Source: Gemmatimonadota bacterium (GTDB lineage: Bacteria > Gemmatimonadota > Gemmatimonadetes > Longimicrobiales > Gaopeijiaceae). Taken from it: a stretch of DNA of 64,000 nt. Positions 31,700 to 42,539 of this stretch are shown piece by piece. Position numbers and translations under genes: made by a program. Location of the stretch: the NCBI GenBank assembly GCA_034521595.1, contig JAXHMG010000003.1:1856001-1920000 (forward strand), given 5' to 3'. Every line of letters starts with the position of its first letter. Within the stretch, counting starts at the first letter, position 1. The notes under the pieces are model-generated. The model did no database searches and had not been told where the DNA came from. It saw only the letters and a list, made by a program, of their open reading frames with translations.

Positions 31700-31757
31700 C
31701 GATTTTCCGGGAGGATCCGGCAGCAGAGACGTCGCGCCTCCGCACGCCGGAAAATTA

Positions 31758-32828
31758 TCAGGTTCCGAGCACCCGCGTCACGAGCGTCGAAGTATAGTCT
31801 ACGATCGTCACGACCTTTTCGTACGGCATCCGTGTCGGCCCGATCACGCCGATCACACCCTTGAGGTCACCGACACGGTATTCGGCCGTGACCAGCGTGA
31901 AATCGGACAGAATATTCGAGTCGTTCTCGCCGCCGATGGTGATCTGCAGCCGGCCTCCGTGTTCACGCCCGCCCACCGCTTCCGCGAGGAGATCACGCTG
32001 CTCCGTGAGCTCGATGAGCCCTTTGAGGCGATCGCCCGTCTCGAACTCCGGCTGAGACGCCAGCACGCTCGTATGACCCAGATGGAGCTGAGTCGGGTCG
32101 AGGGTGCTCAGGTCGAAGAGCTCGCTTCCCTCCTGGACGAAGATGTTGATGAGCTCTTCACCAACCTCGCTGCGCGCGACGTCCTTCAGACGGTCCGGAA
32201 GGGTTCGCCGGATTTCGTGAAACGTCGAGCCCGCCAGGCGTTCGTTCAAGGCGACCGTGATCTGTACGAGGGTCTCGGACGGGACTTCGACGGGAAGGTC
32301 CACGTAGACGGTTCTCACCACCCCCCCGCGAATCGTCGCGATCAGGAGCACCTTGTTGGAAGAGACCTGGATGAGCTCGAGCTTCTCGAGCACGGCCTCT
32401 TCGAGCCGCGGGGCCATCGCGATGCCGAGCTCGCTGGAGATCAAGCTGAGCGCACGCGTCGCCTGCATGACCAAGCGCTCGATCGCTGACGAGCCGGCGA
32501 GTCCTACCTCCCGTTCGAGGTTCCGGCGCTCCGCGGCCGACAACGCGTGCGGCTCCATCAAGCGATCCACGAAAAAACGGTACGCGAGGTCCGTCGGGAT
32601 GCGCCCGGCCGAGGTGTGCGGATGGAAGAGGTACCCCTTTTCCTCGAGGTCGCTCATCGTGTTCCGCACCGTCGCGGCGGAAACACCGAGATCGAACGAC
32701 CGCGACACCGTGCGGCTTCCGGTCGGCTCCGCGCTCGACACGTACGTGCGCACGACCGCGTCGAGAACTTTTCGTTCCCTTTCGGTCAGATCCGTGCCGA
32801 CCCAGTCGATACGCTCGGTGCTTTCCAT
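31758..32828 (-). CDS. hrcA: Heat-inducible repressor HrcA
   Basis: SAATVRNTMSDLEEKGYL, PHTSAGRIPT, GVIGPTRMPY; start at ATG 32828. Confidence 0.97.
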   Translation of the reverse strand: MESTERIDWVGTDLTERERKVLDAVVRTYVSSAEPTGSRTVSRSFDLGVSAATVRNTMSDLEEKGYLFHPHTSAGRIPTDLAYRFFVDRLMEPHALSAAERRNLEREVGLAGSSAIERLVMQATRALSLISSELGIAMAPRLEEAVLEKLELIQVSSNKVLLIATIRGGVVRTVYVDLPVEVPSETLVQITVALNERLAGSTFHEIRRTLPDRLKDVARSEVGEELINIFVQEGSELFDLSTLDPTQLHLGHTSVLASQPEFETGDRLKGLIELTEQRDLLAEAVGGREHGGRLQITIGGENDSNILSDFTLVTAEYRVGDLKGVIGVIGPTRMPYEKVVTIVDYTSTLVTRVLGT

Positions 32829-32863
32829 AGATCTTCGAAGATCGAAACAGTCCAAGGAGCCGG

Positions 32864-34021
32864 TCAACCCGTGTACTCGACCGCCAAGCGGTCGAGCAGG
32901 AGCCACCCGCGAGCGTTGAGTCGAACGTGTCCGCCCTCGGTGTCGGCCAGCCCCTTCTCTACCCAATCGTCGACCAGATGAGCGCGCCGGGTTCCGGGGA
33001 GGGGCGCCTCGATCCCCCTGCTCGTGCGCAGGCGGAGCCAGATCCGCTCCAGCTCCATCGCGCTCGCATCCAGGACTTCGTGGTCGGCTTCGGGGGCCTC
33101 TCGGACACGAACCTTTTTGAGATACTCGTCCCACTCCCGGACGTTCCAAGCGCGTATGGGTGGCGCGTAGCTGTGGGCCCCGTTTCCGAGCCCGAGGTAA
33201 GGGGCTCCGCTCCAATAGGTGGCGTTGTGGCGGGCTTCGTAGGCGGGCCATGCGAAGTTCGAAACCTCGTAGTGGTGATATCCGGCACGCGTCAGGACTT
33301 CCGCCGCCTCCAGAAACTCCTCCGCGTAGCGGTCCTCATCGGCCACGGATTCCCGTCCTTCGGCGACCGCCCGACCGAGCGCCGTGTCCGGCTCGACGGT
33401 CAGCCCGTACAGGCTTACATGCGGGACGCCGAGGTCCACCGCCCGGGCAAGATCCTCGCTCCAGGAGCGTCCCAGGTGCGCGGGAAGGCCGAAGATCAGG
33501 TCGATGCTCACGTTCTCGATGCCCTCCCTGCGCGCCGTTGCGACAGCGCGTGGTCCGCCCTCGCTTCCGTGGAGCCGGCCCATCCAACGGAGCGCCGACT
33601 CGTGGAAGGTTTGCACGCCGAGGCTCAGCCGATTGACGCCGGCCGCCCGCCATCCCCGAGCCACGTCCTCGTCGAAGCTCTCGGGGTTGGCTTCGGCCGT
33701 CCACTCGAGATCGCCGTGGGCGAGACGCCTCGGCCCCAAGATATCCGCGAGGCCGCTCATCGCTCGCGGCCCGAGCAGAGACGGCGTACCTCCGCCGACG
33801 TACAGGGAGCTCAGCTCCGGATTCAGAAGGAACCGGCCAGAACGACGCACGTGGTCGAGCTCTCCGGAGATCGCCTCCCACCACGCCTCCGGGCCGCCTT
33901 CGGCCCGGACCTTCACGGCGAAATCACAGTAGACGCACCGCCGTGCACAGAAGGGGGCATGCACGTACACGGCCCCCACCGGTGTCGGCCGCAAGGTCCC
34001 CTCCGCCACTCGCCCCGTCAT
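32864..34021 (-). CDS. hemW: Radical SAM heme chaperone HemW
   Basis: YVHAPFCARRCVYCDF, GGGTPS, EANP, HYEVSN. Confidence 0.92.
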   Translation of the reverse strand: MTGRVAEGTLRPTPVGAVYVHAPFCARRCVYCDFAVKVRAEGGPEAWWEAISGELDHVRRSGRFLLNPELSSLYVGGGTPSLLGPRAMSGLADILGPRRLAHGDLEWTAEANPESFDEDVARGWRAAGVNRLSLGVQTFHESALRWMGRLHGSEGGPRAVATARREGIENVSIDLIFGLPAHLGRSWSEDLARAVDLGVPHVSLYGLTVEPDTALGRAVAEGRESVADEDRYAEEFLEAAEVLTRAGYHHYEVSNFAWPAYEARHNATYWSGAPYLGLGNGAHSYAPPIRAWNVREWDEYLKKVRVREAPEADHEVLDASAMELERIWLRLRTSRGIEAPLPGTRRAHLVDDWVEKGLADTEGGHVRLNARGWLLLDRLAVEYTG

Positions 34022-34024
34022 CCC

Positions 34025-35197
34025 CTACGCGGCCCGGAAGAGCAGTCCCGGCATCTGCTCCACCGCACCGACGAGCTCGAGTTGAACGAGCAACGCGAGC
34101 GCGACAGGAACGTCGATCTCGGCGCGGGCCGCGAGCTCGTCGACGTGAAGGGGCCCTTCGCCCAAGGTCCGCAAGATCCGGCGCTCCGGCTCGTCGAGCG
34201 GGCGCTCGACAGTGCACGTCGTTCCGGTTCGCTCGTCGCAAATGGTCACTTCGGCGGAGTCACCGCCCGTCTCCTCCGCGTCGGCCCGACGACCGGCCGG
34301 AGCCGCTGAAAGGTCCGCGACACGTTCGACGAAGCTCTTTACGGAAACGAGCGGGAGAGCCCCCTCGGTCAGGAGCTGATTGCTTCCTGCGCACGAGGGG
34401 GTGTCGATGGGACCCGGTACGGCCCATACGTCCCGGCCGAGGTCGAGTGCGTGTTCCACGGTGATCAACGCGCCGCTGCGCGCGCCGGCTTCCACGACCA
34501 CGACCGTGTCGGCCAGCGCGGCCATGATCCGGTTCCTCCGCGGAAAGTGGTGGGGGAGGGGTGGCGTTCCCGGGAGGAACTCGCTCACGACCAGGCCGCG
34601 CTCCAAGAGCTCACGAAACAGCCGCCCGTGAGAGGTCGGGTAGGGCGCGTCCGCCCCCCGACCCACGACCGCGATCGTGTCTCCCCGCGCAGCGAGGGTG
34701 CCGCGGTGCGCCGCGGCGTCGATGCCCAACGCCATCCCGCTGACCACCGGCGCTCCCGCCCCACCCAACGCGCGTCCCAAGGCGTGCGCGAGGTTCTTGC
34801 CGCGGCCGGTGCAGCGGCGGGACCCCACGACGGAAACCCCGCCGCGATCGAGGAGCTCGATGCGTCCACGGAGAAAGAGCACGGGTGGAGGGTCCGCCAA
34901 CTGGAGAAGTCCGCCCGGATACGTCGGGTCGAACCACGAACAGGTACGCATCGCGAGCCGCTCGGCTTCGGCCAGACCCGTGTCGACGCGCTCGCGGTGC
35001 GCCGGGTTCGCGCGTTCCCGCGCCGCCTGATCGCCCACCATGGCGGCCACGGTGCCGTGCGGGGCGTTCAGCGTTCCCTGCGCCGACCCGAACGCCTCCA
35101 CCAACGCTCGAATCCGGCGAGGGCCGACTCCCGGTAGCTGGTCGAGGAGAAGGAGCGCACGGGTCTCCTTCGGAGACGCGCCCACGGGTCGGCTCAC
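34025..35197 (-). CDS. dprA: DNA processing protein DprA/Smf
   Basis: [38 protein letters not shown]; start 35197 or 35209. Confidence 0.95.
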   Translation of the reverse strand: MSRPVGASPKETRALLLLDQLPGVGPRRIRALVEAFGSAQGTLNAPHGTVAAMVGDQAARERANPAHRERVDTGLAEAERLAMRTCSWFDPTYPGGLLQLADPPPVLFLRGRIELLDRGGVSVVGSRRCTGRGKNLAHALGRALGGAGAPVVSGMALGIDAAAHRGTLAARGDTIAVVGRGADAPYPTSHGRLFRELLERGLVVSEFLPGTPPLPHHFPRRNRIMAALADTVVVVEAGARSGALITVEHALDLGRDVWAVPGPIDTPSCAGSNQLLTEGALPLVSVKSFVERVADLSAAPAGRRADAEETGGDSAEVTICDERTGTTCTVERPLDEPERRILRTLGEGPLHVDELAARAEIDVPVALALLVQLELVGAVEQMPGLLFRAA

Positions 35198-36234
35198 GGG
35201 GTCCACCACTCCTCGTCTTCCTCCACCGCCACCTCCTTCCTGGATTCACCGTGCAGATCCTTTCGGCTGGCCTCCCAGAGCTTCTCCACCAGGGTGTCGA
35301 TCCCCCGGCGCGTGACGGACGACACTTGGAGCACGCCGAGGGCTCCCTCGGCATCGAGGGCGGGCGGCTCTTCACCCGGGGGAAGGAGGTCGATCTTCGT
35401 GAACGCGACGTAATAAGGCGTGCGCGCGAGCTCGGCCGAGTAGGCCTGGAGCTCCTCCCGGATACGGTCGTATTCCGCCTGCGGGTCTTCCACATCCACC
35501 GGAACCATGAGCAGGAGCACCCGGGTCCGCTCGATATGTCGGAGGAACTGGTGACCGAGTCCCTTCCCTTCGTGCGCGCCGCCGATGATGCCGGGAATAT
35601 CGGCCATCACGAAGGTTCGGTAGCCGGAGAGCTCCACGACCCCGAGGTTCGGCTCGAGCGTGGTGAACGGGTACGCAGCAACCTTGGGGTGAGCCGCCGT
35701 GGCGGACGCGAGCAGGGTCGATTTGCCCGCATTCGGCTCACCGACGAGCCCGACGTCGGCGATCAGCTTGAGCTCCAGGCGCAGGCGCCGCTCCTCCCCC
35801 TCGTCGCCGGGCTCCCACTCGGTCGGAGCCTGCCGCGTCGCCGATTTGAAACGAACGTTTCCACGACCCCCGCGGCCGCCGCGCGCAACCAGCACCCGCG
35901 CGCCCTCTTCGAGCAGTTCCCCGATACGCTCACCGGTGTCGGCGTCGTAGGCGATGGTGCCGGGTGGAACCTTCAGGACCAGGTCTTCACCGGACTTCCC
36001 GGTTCGCTGGTTCCCTCCCCCGTGGAGCCCCCGTTCCGCGCGGTAGTGACGGCGGTAGCTGTAGTCGAGGAGGGTGGCGAGCTGCCCGTCGGCTTCGAGG
36101 ATGACGTCGCCTCCTTTTCCTCCGTCGCCTCCGGCCGGCCCGCCCCGTGGCACGCCCTTCTCCCTGCGGAACGCTTCCGAGCCGGAGCCGCCGATTCCGG
36201 CGGCGACTTCGATGACGGCGTGATCGACGAACAT
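35194..36234 (-). CDS. obg: GTPase ObgE (no long C-terminal domain)
   Basis: [34 protein letters not shown]. Confidence 0.98.
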   Translation of the reverse strand: MFVDHAVIEVAAGIGGSGSEAFRREKGVPRGGPAGGDGGKGGDVILEADGQLATLLDYSYRRHYRAERGLHGGGNQRTGKSGEDLVLKVPPGTIAYDADTGERIGELLEEGARVLVARGGRGGRGNVRFKSATRQAPTEWEPGDEGEERRLRLELKLIADVGLVGEPNAGKSTLLASATAAHPKVAAYPFTTLEPNLGVVELSGYRTFVMADIPGIIGGAHEGKGLGHQFLRHIERTRVLLLMVPVDVEDPQAEYDRIREELQAYSAELARTPYYVAFTKIDLLPPGEEPPALDAEGALGVLQVSSVTRRGIDTLVEKLWEASRKDLHGESRKEVAVEEDEEWWTP

Positions 36235-36235
36235 G

Positions 36236-37273
36236 TCAGGGCTCCCGGACAAGAGTAGGTGCAGGACTCGACGGGGTGCGGCGCGATACGCCCTCGAGGA
36301 AGAACGCCGGCCGGATCTCGCCCACGACCTCGCCGCGCGTGTTGCGAACCTCGGGTCGTCCGTGCGCTTTGAGCGCGGCTACCTCGGACGGCCGCAGCAC
36401 ACCCAGCTCCACGAGCAGGTGCACGAGCGCGACCTCGACGGCACGACGCCCGCCGTCCTCGACCTTGATGGCGAAACCCAGCTCGCGGCCCGGGATGCCA
36501 CCACCGTAGACGCCCTCGGCTCCCAGCTTGACGAAGACCCGCCCCCCGGTGCTCTCCATCACGTCGGTGCACGCACGCCCCTCTCCCCCCACCATGAGCG
36601 GATGAGCGGTCATCGCCTCGACGATGTGGGCCGGACATTCACCGTGAGCCGCTGCGGCGGCGAAGTGCGCGAACGACGTGGCCATGGCGCCCAGCCCGAC
36701 CGCGAAGCACGGAATACCGCAACCGTCGATCGCCGTCTCGATCTCCTCTTCCGGGATCCCGGACCAGCGCGCCACTTCATGCAACATGCGGCGTTGTACA
36801 GGATGGTCGGCCCGGTGATAGTCGACGGGATCCCAACCCATGCCGACCGCCAGAGCGAGCATGCCGGCATGCTTGCCCGAGCAGTTGTTGTGTGCGGGAG
36901 AGGGGCCCGCCCCGGAATCTCGGAGGGCTCGAGCCGCCGAATCCGAGTAGGGCAGGTGAGGCCCACACTGGAGCGACCGCTCGTCCACTCCGGCTTTGGC
37001 GAGGATCGAGTGTGTTACCGCGACGTGGGCTCTCGTTCCTTCATGGGACCCGCAACACAACGCGAGCTCCGGCGGGGTCAAGCCGAGTCCGCGGACGATC
37101 CCTTCCTCCACGAGCGGCAGCGCCTGGAAGGGCTTGGCCGCCGACCGGTAGAAGGCCGGCGCCGCCACGTCCCCGACCGAGGCGACGAGCGTTCCCCGGG
37201 CATCCGAGACGCACAGCCGCACCCGATGCCGAGACTCCGTGATGCCGCCCCGCGTTACTTCGACGAAGCTCAT
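36236..37273 (-). CDS. Rhizobium-type (class 3) L-asparaginase family
   Basis: [28 protein letters not shown]. Confidence 0.9.
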   Translation of the reverse strand: MSFVEVTRGGITESRHRVRLCVSDARGTLVASVGDVAAPAFYRSAAKPFQALPLVEEGIVRGLGLTPPELALCCGSHEGTRAHVAVTHSILAKAGVDERSLQCGPHLPYSDSAARALRDSGAGPSPAHNNCSGKHAGMLALAVGMGWDPVDYHRADHPVQRRMLHEVARWSGIPEEEIETAIDGCGIPCFAVGLGAMATSFAHFAAAAAHGECPAHIVEAMTAHPLMVGGEGRACTDVMESTGGRVFVKLGAEGVYGGGIPGRELGFAIKVEDGGRRAVEVALVHLLVELGVLRPSEVAALKAHGRPEVRNTRGEVVGEIRPAFFLEGVSRRTPSSPAPTLVREP

Positions 37274-37385
37274 GGCCGATGCCGTGCCGGGTGCGTGTGA
37301 ACGTGCGCGCGCATGTCATCAAATAAGCCCGTTGGGGCCCATCGCGACATGTCGGGATGGGACGGACTCGCGCCGGCCCGCCCCC

Positions 37386-39020
37386 TCAGGATCCCTCGGC
37401 CACCGTTTCCACGCTTCCGGTGAGCACCTCGAACAGCTCGTCGGGGGACGTCACTCCGCCGAGCAAATCGAGCGCTTCTTCGAGCTGGCGGTCATAGCGA
37501 GCGCTCTGCTCGAACTGTCCCTGCTCACCCCATGCTTGGAGCGCGATCTCACGCTCGAGGTGGTAGCGAACGAAACGCTCCGCACGCTCGAAGTGCTCTC
37601 GATCGGCGGCCTCCCCGGTTTCGGGCAGGGAGCCGTAAAAGGCGTCCAGATCGGCGCTGCTGAGTGAGAAACCGGGTTGGAGATCCGGATGCTCACGGAC
37701 GTAGGTGACGGCGAAGCGGAAGAGCGCCTGCTGGAACTGACCCCCGCGGCGAAAGATGCGCTGCACCGAGCGCGCCTCCGCATTACTGAGGGTCTCGGGA
37801 ACGCTCACGACGTCCGGCACGATCCCTCCTCCTCCGTAGATCGTCCGTCCTCCCAGAGACCGGTGCTCCGGCCGGTCGCCGACGCCACTCGAATCCACCA
37901 TCTGTCCGGAGATGGACAGGGCGTGCAGAGCTTCGTCCTCAGCTTCGTCCCGGTCTTCGTCGCGGGGGGCATCGATGGAACGGCCCACCGGGGTGTACCA
38001 CCTCGCGGTCGTGAGCCGGAGGACGTTGCCTCCGCTCAGCCGGTAGAGGCTCTGGACCGAACCCTTTCCGAAGGTCGGTTGACCGAGGACGGCGGCGCGG
38101 TCGTGGTCCTGAAGCGCGCCCGCCACGATCTCGGCCGCCGACGCGCTCGTTCCGTCGACGAGCACGAGCACGGGAAGGTCGGGGTAGGCTTCCCCATCCC
38201 CCGCCCGGAACGTCTCGCTCTGTCCCTCGTCCCTGCCTCTCGTCTCCACGATCGGCTCGCCTTCCGGGAGGAAGAGGTCGGTGACCGCGATGCCTTCATC
38301 CAACAACCCGCCGGGGTTCCCGCGCAGATCGAGGATCAGCGCCCGGGCGCCCTCGCTCCGAAGCGAGTCCACCGCGGCGCGCACCTCATCGGACGACGTC
38401 TCCCGCACCGTCTGCAGCGGCACGTACCCGACATCGCCACGGAGCTTCAGCGCGAAGGGGACCGCCTTGAGCTGGATGACCTCCCGCTCGAGCGTGAACG
38501 GGATCGGGTCCTCCACGCCGGGTCGGAGCATCAGCACGTCGACCTCGGTGCCCGGCTCGCCGCGCAGCAAGCCCACCGCCTGGTCCGTGTCCATCGTGTC
38601 GGCCCGGACGCCGTCGATCTCGTAGAACCGGTCACCCGGGCGCAAACCCGCGCGCGCACCCGGAGAGCTCGGTATCGGGCTCACCACGGTCACGTAGCCG
38701 TCCCGATCCACGATTTCGAGGCCCACGCCTCCGTACTCGCCCTCGGTACGGATCCTGAGGTTCTCGTAGTCCGAGGCGGGGAGGAACGAGGAGTGCGGGT
38801 CACCGAGATCTTCGATCACGCCGTCGATGGCCGATCGGTACAGGGTCTCCTCGTCGACTTCCTCGACGAAGCTCGACTTCACCCGGTCCACCACCTCCTG
38901 GACGAGGCGCACACGGGTATAGACGTTCTCCGAACGCTCGACCCCTTCCTGGAGCAACCATCCGCCCGCGGCCACCGACAGCGCGACCACGAACACGGGT
39001 ACGACGAATCCTCGTTTCAA
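37386..39020 (-). CDS. ctpA: S41A C-terminal processing peptidase with PDZ domain
   Basis: DPHS, DLRGNPGG, SASAAE, TFGKGSVQ; TTG start after GGAGGG. Confidence 0.93.
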   Translation of the reverse strand: MKRGFVVPVFVVALSVAAGGWLLQEGVERSENVYTRVRLVQEVVDRVKSSFVEEVDEETLYRSAIDGVIEDLGDPHSSFLPASDYENLRIRTEGEYGGVGLEIVDRDGYVTVVSPIPSSPGARAGLRPGDRFYEIDGVRADTMDTDQAVGLLRGEPGTEVDVLMLRPGVEDPIPFTLEREVIQLKAVPFALKLRGDVGYVPLQTVRETSSDEVRAAVDSLRSEGARALILDLRGNPGGLLDEGIAVTDLFLPEGEPIVETRGRDEGQSETFRAGDGEAYPDLPVLVLVDGTSASAAEIVAGALQDHDRAAVLGQPTFGKGSVQSLYRLSGGNVLRLTTARWYTPVGRSIDAPRDEDRDEAEDEALHALSISGQMVDSSGVGDRPEHRSLGGRTIYGGGGIVPDVVSVPETLSNAEARSVQRIFRRGGQFQQALFRFAVTYVREHPDLQPGFSLSSADLDAFYGSLPETGEAADREHFERAERFVRYHLEREIALQAWGEQGQFEQSARYDRQLEEALDLLGGVTSPDELFEVLTGSVETVAEGS

Positions 39021-39055
39021 CTTCCCTCCCTGAGACCATCTGACGTAACGGTCAC

Positions 39056-39706
39056 TTATACCTGCGGCGCGCGGAAGGTTTCCGGGAAGCGCTCGTGGAG
39101 GAGGCCACGTAGGCGGCGATGCACTTCTTCCGCCGTGCCGGACGCGGCCACCGTGGCCACGTCCCGCTCCACACCGGCCAGTTCCAGATATCCCTGCCGC
39201 ACGCGCTCCAAGAACCCGTCACCGGCACGCTCGATCCGGTCGGGATCGCCTCCGGCCCGTCGCTGCCGCGCCGTTCCGTCCGGGACGGGCAGATCCAGGA
39301 CGATGTAGAGATCGGGCCGGAGCCCGCCCGTCGCGAAATCGATGCCCGACCGGACCGTAGCCAGGTCCAGGCCGCGTCCGTACCCCTGGTAGGCCAGAGT
39401 CGACAACGCGAAGCGGTCCGCGAGCACCACCTTACCTTCCTCCAGTGCCGGCCTGACGACGTCGCGCACGAACGCGGCGCGCGCGGCCAGAATCAGGAGC
39501 AGCTCGGTCTCGACCGGAACATCGAGATCCGCCCGAGCGAGCACGACCTCGCGGATGGCCTCGCCCACCGGCGTGCCGCCCGGCTCGCGCGCCGCCACGT
39601 GGTCCACGCCGGCCTCGCGCATCCACCCGGAGAGGAGCGCGACCTGGGTCGTCTTCCCGGCCCCCTCACCTCCTTCGAGCACGATGAACAGCCCCCGGTC
39701 GGCCAT
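39056..39706 (-). CDS. tmk: Thymidylate kinase
   Basis: EGGEGAGKTTQ, REPGGT, DRF, AYQGYGRG. Confidence 0.97.
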   Translation of the reverse strand: MADRGLFIVLEGGEGAGKTTQVALLSGWMREAGVDHVAAREPGGTPVGEAIREVVLARADLDVPVETELLLILAARAAFVRDVVRPALEEGKVVLADRFALSTLAYQGYGRGLDLATVRSGIDFATGGLRPDLYIVLDLPVPDGTARQRRAGGDPDRIERAGDGFLERVRQGYLELAGVERDVATVAASGTAEEVHRRLRGLLHERFPETFRAPQV

Positions 39707-39784
39707 GACTTCAGGCTCCGCGGGGGAGCGGACGGCCGTGGCGGGGCGCACCCGGGCACCCTGCCACGCCGCCCTTCTCCCCCA

Positions 39785-41101
39785 TCAGTCGTAGTACTCG
39801 ACGCCGAGGTGGGTGATCATCTCCTCGCCCATCATCCAGCGCAGCGTGTTCTTCAGCTTCCAGTGCTGGATGAAGATGTCGTGCTCCGGATAGAGGCCGG
39901 GTGCCGTCTGCGGGCTCTTGAAGTAGAACGACAGCCACTCCTGGATGCCGCCCATCCCGGCTCTGGACGCGAGGTCCAGGAACAGCGCGAGGTCGAGCAC
40001 GATGGGCGCGGCCAGGATGGAGTCCCTGCACAGGAAGTCCACCTTGATCTGCATGCCGTACCCCATCCACCCGAAGATGTCGATGTTGTCCCAGCCCTCC
40101 TTGTTGTCTCCACGCGGCGGGTAGTAGTTGATCCGCACCTTGTGGTACATGTTCCCGTAGAGCTCGGGGTAGGTCTGGGGCTGCAGGATGTGCTCGAGCA
40201 CCCCGAGCTTCGAGACTTCCTTGGTCTTGAACGACTCGGGGTCGTCGAGCACCTCACCGTCCCGGTTCCCGAGAATGTTCGTGCTGAACCAGCCGGAAAG
40301 CCCGAGCATGCGCGTCTTGAAGCCCGGCGCGAGGATGGTCTTCATGAGGGTCTGGCCCGTCTTGAAGTCCTTCCCGGCGATCGGTACGCCTTTCTCCTTC
40401 GCCAGATCTTCGAAGGCCTGAAAGTCGGCCGAGAGGTTGGGCGCTCCGTTGGCGTAGGGCACGCCCTCCATGAGGGCGGCGTAGGCGTAGAGCTGGCTCG
40501 GCGCGATGTCGTCGTGGTTTTCCTCCATGCCCTTCTCGAAGGCCTCGATGGTCTCGTGCACGGCGCCCGGCCGCACGTAGACCTCGGTCGAGCCGCACCA
40601 TACCATGACGAGACGGTCGCAGCCGTTCTCCTTCTTGAATCGGCGGATGTCTTCACGGAGCTGTTCGGCGAGCTCCCGCTTGTTCGCGGCCTTCTTGACG
40701 TTCGTTCCGTCGAGCTTCTTCACGTAGCGGGTGTCGAACGCGGCGGGCATCGGCTTGATCGCCGAGAGGAAATCCTTGATCGGGTCGATGTGCTCGTGTT
40801 TGTCCAACACGCCGGCGTGAACGGCGCTCTCGTAGCCGTCGTCCGCGATCGGATCCCACGCGCCGAAGACGAGGTCGTCCATCTCCGAGAGAGGCGCGAA
40901 GTCCTTGATGAGGGGCGTACGGCCGTCGGTACGCTTCCCGAGCCGGATGGTGTTCATCTGCGTCAGGCTGCCGATCGGGGACGCGAGCCCCCGTCGCGCG
41001 GCTTCCACGCCGGCCACGAAGGTGGTCGCCACGGCCCCGAACCCGGGAAGGAGCACGCCGAGCTTGCCCTCGGCCGGTCGGATCTCGTTCGGTCGCTTCA
41101 C
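39785..41101 (-). CDS. ino1: myo-inositol-1-phosphate synthase
   Basis: GKDFKTGQT, NILGNRDG, GDNKEGWD, RDSILAAP, SFYFKSP. Confidence 0.93.
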   Translation of the reverse strand: MKRPNEIRPAEGKLGVLLPGFGAVATTFVAGVEAARRGLASPIGSLTQMNTIRLGKRTDGRTPLIKDFAPLSEMDDLVFGAWDPIADDGYESAVHAGVLDKHEHIDPIKDFLSAIKPMPAAFDTRYVKKLDGTNVKKAANKRELAEQLREDIRRFKKENGCDRLVMVWCGSTEVYVRPGAVHETIEAFEKGMEENHDDIAPSQLYAYAALMEGVPYANGAPNLSADFQAFEDLAKEKGVPIAGKDFKTGQTLMKTILAPGFKTRMLGLSGWFSTNILGNRDGEVLDDPESFKTKEVSKLGVLEHILQPQTYPELYGNMYHKVRINYYPPRGDNKEGWDNIDIFGWMGYGMQIKVDFLCRDSILAAPIVLDLALFLDLASRAGMGGIQEWLSFYFKSPQTAPGLYPEHDIFIQHWKLKNTLRWMMGEEMITHLGVEYYD

Positions 41102-41153
41102 GTTCGTCCTCGTTGCGTATGGTGGTTCGCCCCTGACCGCGACGTCGTACGGG

Positions 41154-41510
41154 TCACGAGAGAATGATGCGGCTCTTGGCCCCTTCTTCGATGCCTTCGG
41201 ACACCGTCTCGTTCACCTTCTGCATGACCTTCTCGAACTCCGACTGAGCCGCGATGACCTTCTGAAAGGCCGGCCGACTCTGTAGCTCCTCGGCCACCTC
41301 AGTGTACTCGTTGCGGAGCTCCTCGTCGGGCTGCCGTCCGGCCTGGACGTCACCCTCGAGCTTCTTCTCGAGCTCCTGGATGCGGTTCCGAAGCTCGACA
41401 AGCTCGCGGTCCTCGTCCACCGCGTCCATCGCCCGGCGCAGCGCCTGATACTCCTCGGTGCGCGCGATCGCGTTTCCCAGGTCCTTGGCTTTCTCGATGA
41501 TCTGTTCCAT
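41154..41510 (-). CDS. YlbF/YmcA/YheA-family (Com_YlbF) helical protein
   Basis: KAKDLGNAIARTEEY start, all-helical 118 aa; AAGGAG SD. Confidence 0.8.
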   Translation of the reverse strand: MEQIIEKAKDLGNAIARTEEYQALRRAMDAVDEDRELVELRNRIQELEKKLEGDVQAGRQPDEELRNEYTEVAEELQSRPAFQKVIAAQSEFEKVMQKVNETVSEGIEEGAKSRIILS

Positions 41511-41558
41511 CGGTCGTGTCTCCTTGCTGTTTGTTGAGTCTACGTTGCGTCGATCGTT

Positions 41559-42539
41559 CTATGTCGTGGGCTCCGGCCCGTCCGGCCGCGAGCATTTCGC
41601 CGTCACGACGCGCTCGCGGCCCGTCAGGTCAGCCTTCACTTCGACGTCCTTCCATGTTTCGGCGGATTCGAGCATCCGCCGCACGGCCCCGACCTGCCCC
41701 GAGCCCACCTCGAGCGCCAGCAGCCCGTCCGGCCGCAGCCGCCCGGGGGCCCCGGCGACGAGCCTCCGGACCACGTCCAGCCCGTCCTCGCCGGCGAACA
41801 ACGCTATCGCCGGCTCCCATTCCACGATCTCGGGCTCGAGCTCCGCCCGCTCGCCCCGGGCCACGTAGGGCGGATTCGAAACGATGACGTCGAATTGTTC
41901 GTCCGGCTCGAGCCCTTCGTAGTCGGCTCCGGCGCGGAGCTCGACCTTCCCGTCGAGACCCGCGGCCGCCCGGTTCCGCGCGGCGAGCTCGAGCGCCTCC
42001 GGCGCCGGATCCGTGCCGACCACGCGGCGGAACGGTCCTTCGAGCGCCAGCGACAAAGCGATCGCCCCCGAGCCGGTTCCCACATCGAGGGCGTCGAGCG
42101 CTCCGCCGTCCTCCCGCGCCTCCACCCATCCGAGCACCTCTCCAACCAAGACCTCCGTCTCCGGCCTGGGTATCAACACCCGGCCATCGACTTCGAGATC
42201 CAGCTCCCGGAAGGGTTGGTGCCCGAGAATGTATTGTAGCGGCTCACGCCGTGCGCGTCTCTTGAGCAACGGGCGAAACGCGTCGAGCTCTTCCCGGGCC
42301 AGGGGACGGTCGTACTGCAAGTAGAGGTCGAGGCGCTTCATGCCGAGCGCGTGCGCCAGCAGGTGTTCCCCGTCGAGCCGTGCGCGATCGACACCCTTCG
42401 TCCGGAGATACTCCGCGCTCCACAGGATGAGGTTGAGCACCGTCCACGCATCGGGCGCCTCCGGTACCCCGCCATTTCCCGGACGGGCGGCCGTGGCTTC
42501 CGACGATCCCGTCCCGGATCCCGCCTTCGGGCCCGTCAT
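41559..42539 (-). CDS. prmC: Release factor glutamine methyltransferase
   Basis: [28 protein letters not shown]; coupled to prfA. Confidence 0.97.
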   Translation of the reverse strand: MTGPKAGSGTGSSEATAARPGNGGVPEAPDAWTVLNLILWSAEYLRTKGVDRARLDGEHLLAHALGMKRLDLYLQYDRPLAREELDAFRPLLKRRARREPLQYILGHQPFRELDLEVDGRVLIPRPETEVLVGEVLGWVEAREDGGALDALDVGTGSGAIALSLALEGPFRRVVGTDPAPEALELAARNRAAAGLDGKVELRAGADYEGLEPDEQFDVIVSNPPYVARGERAELEPEIVEWEPAIALFAGEDGLDVVRRLVAGAPGRLRPDGLLALEVGSGQVGAVRRMLESAETWKDVEVKADLTGRERVVTAKCSRPDGPEPTT

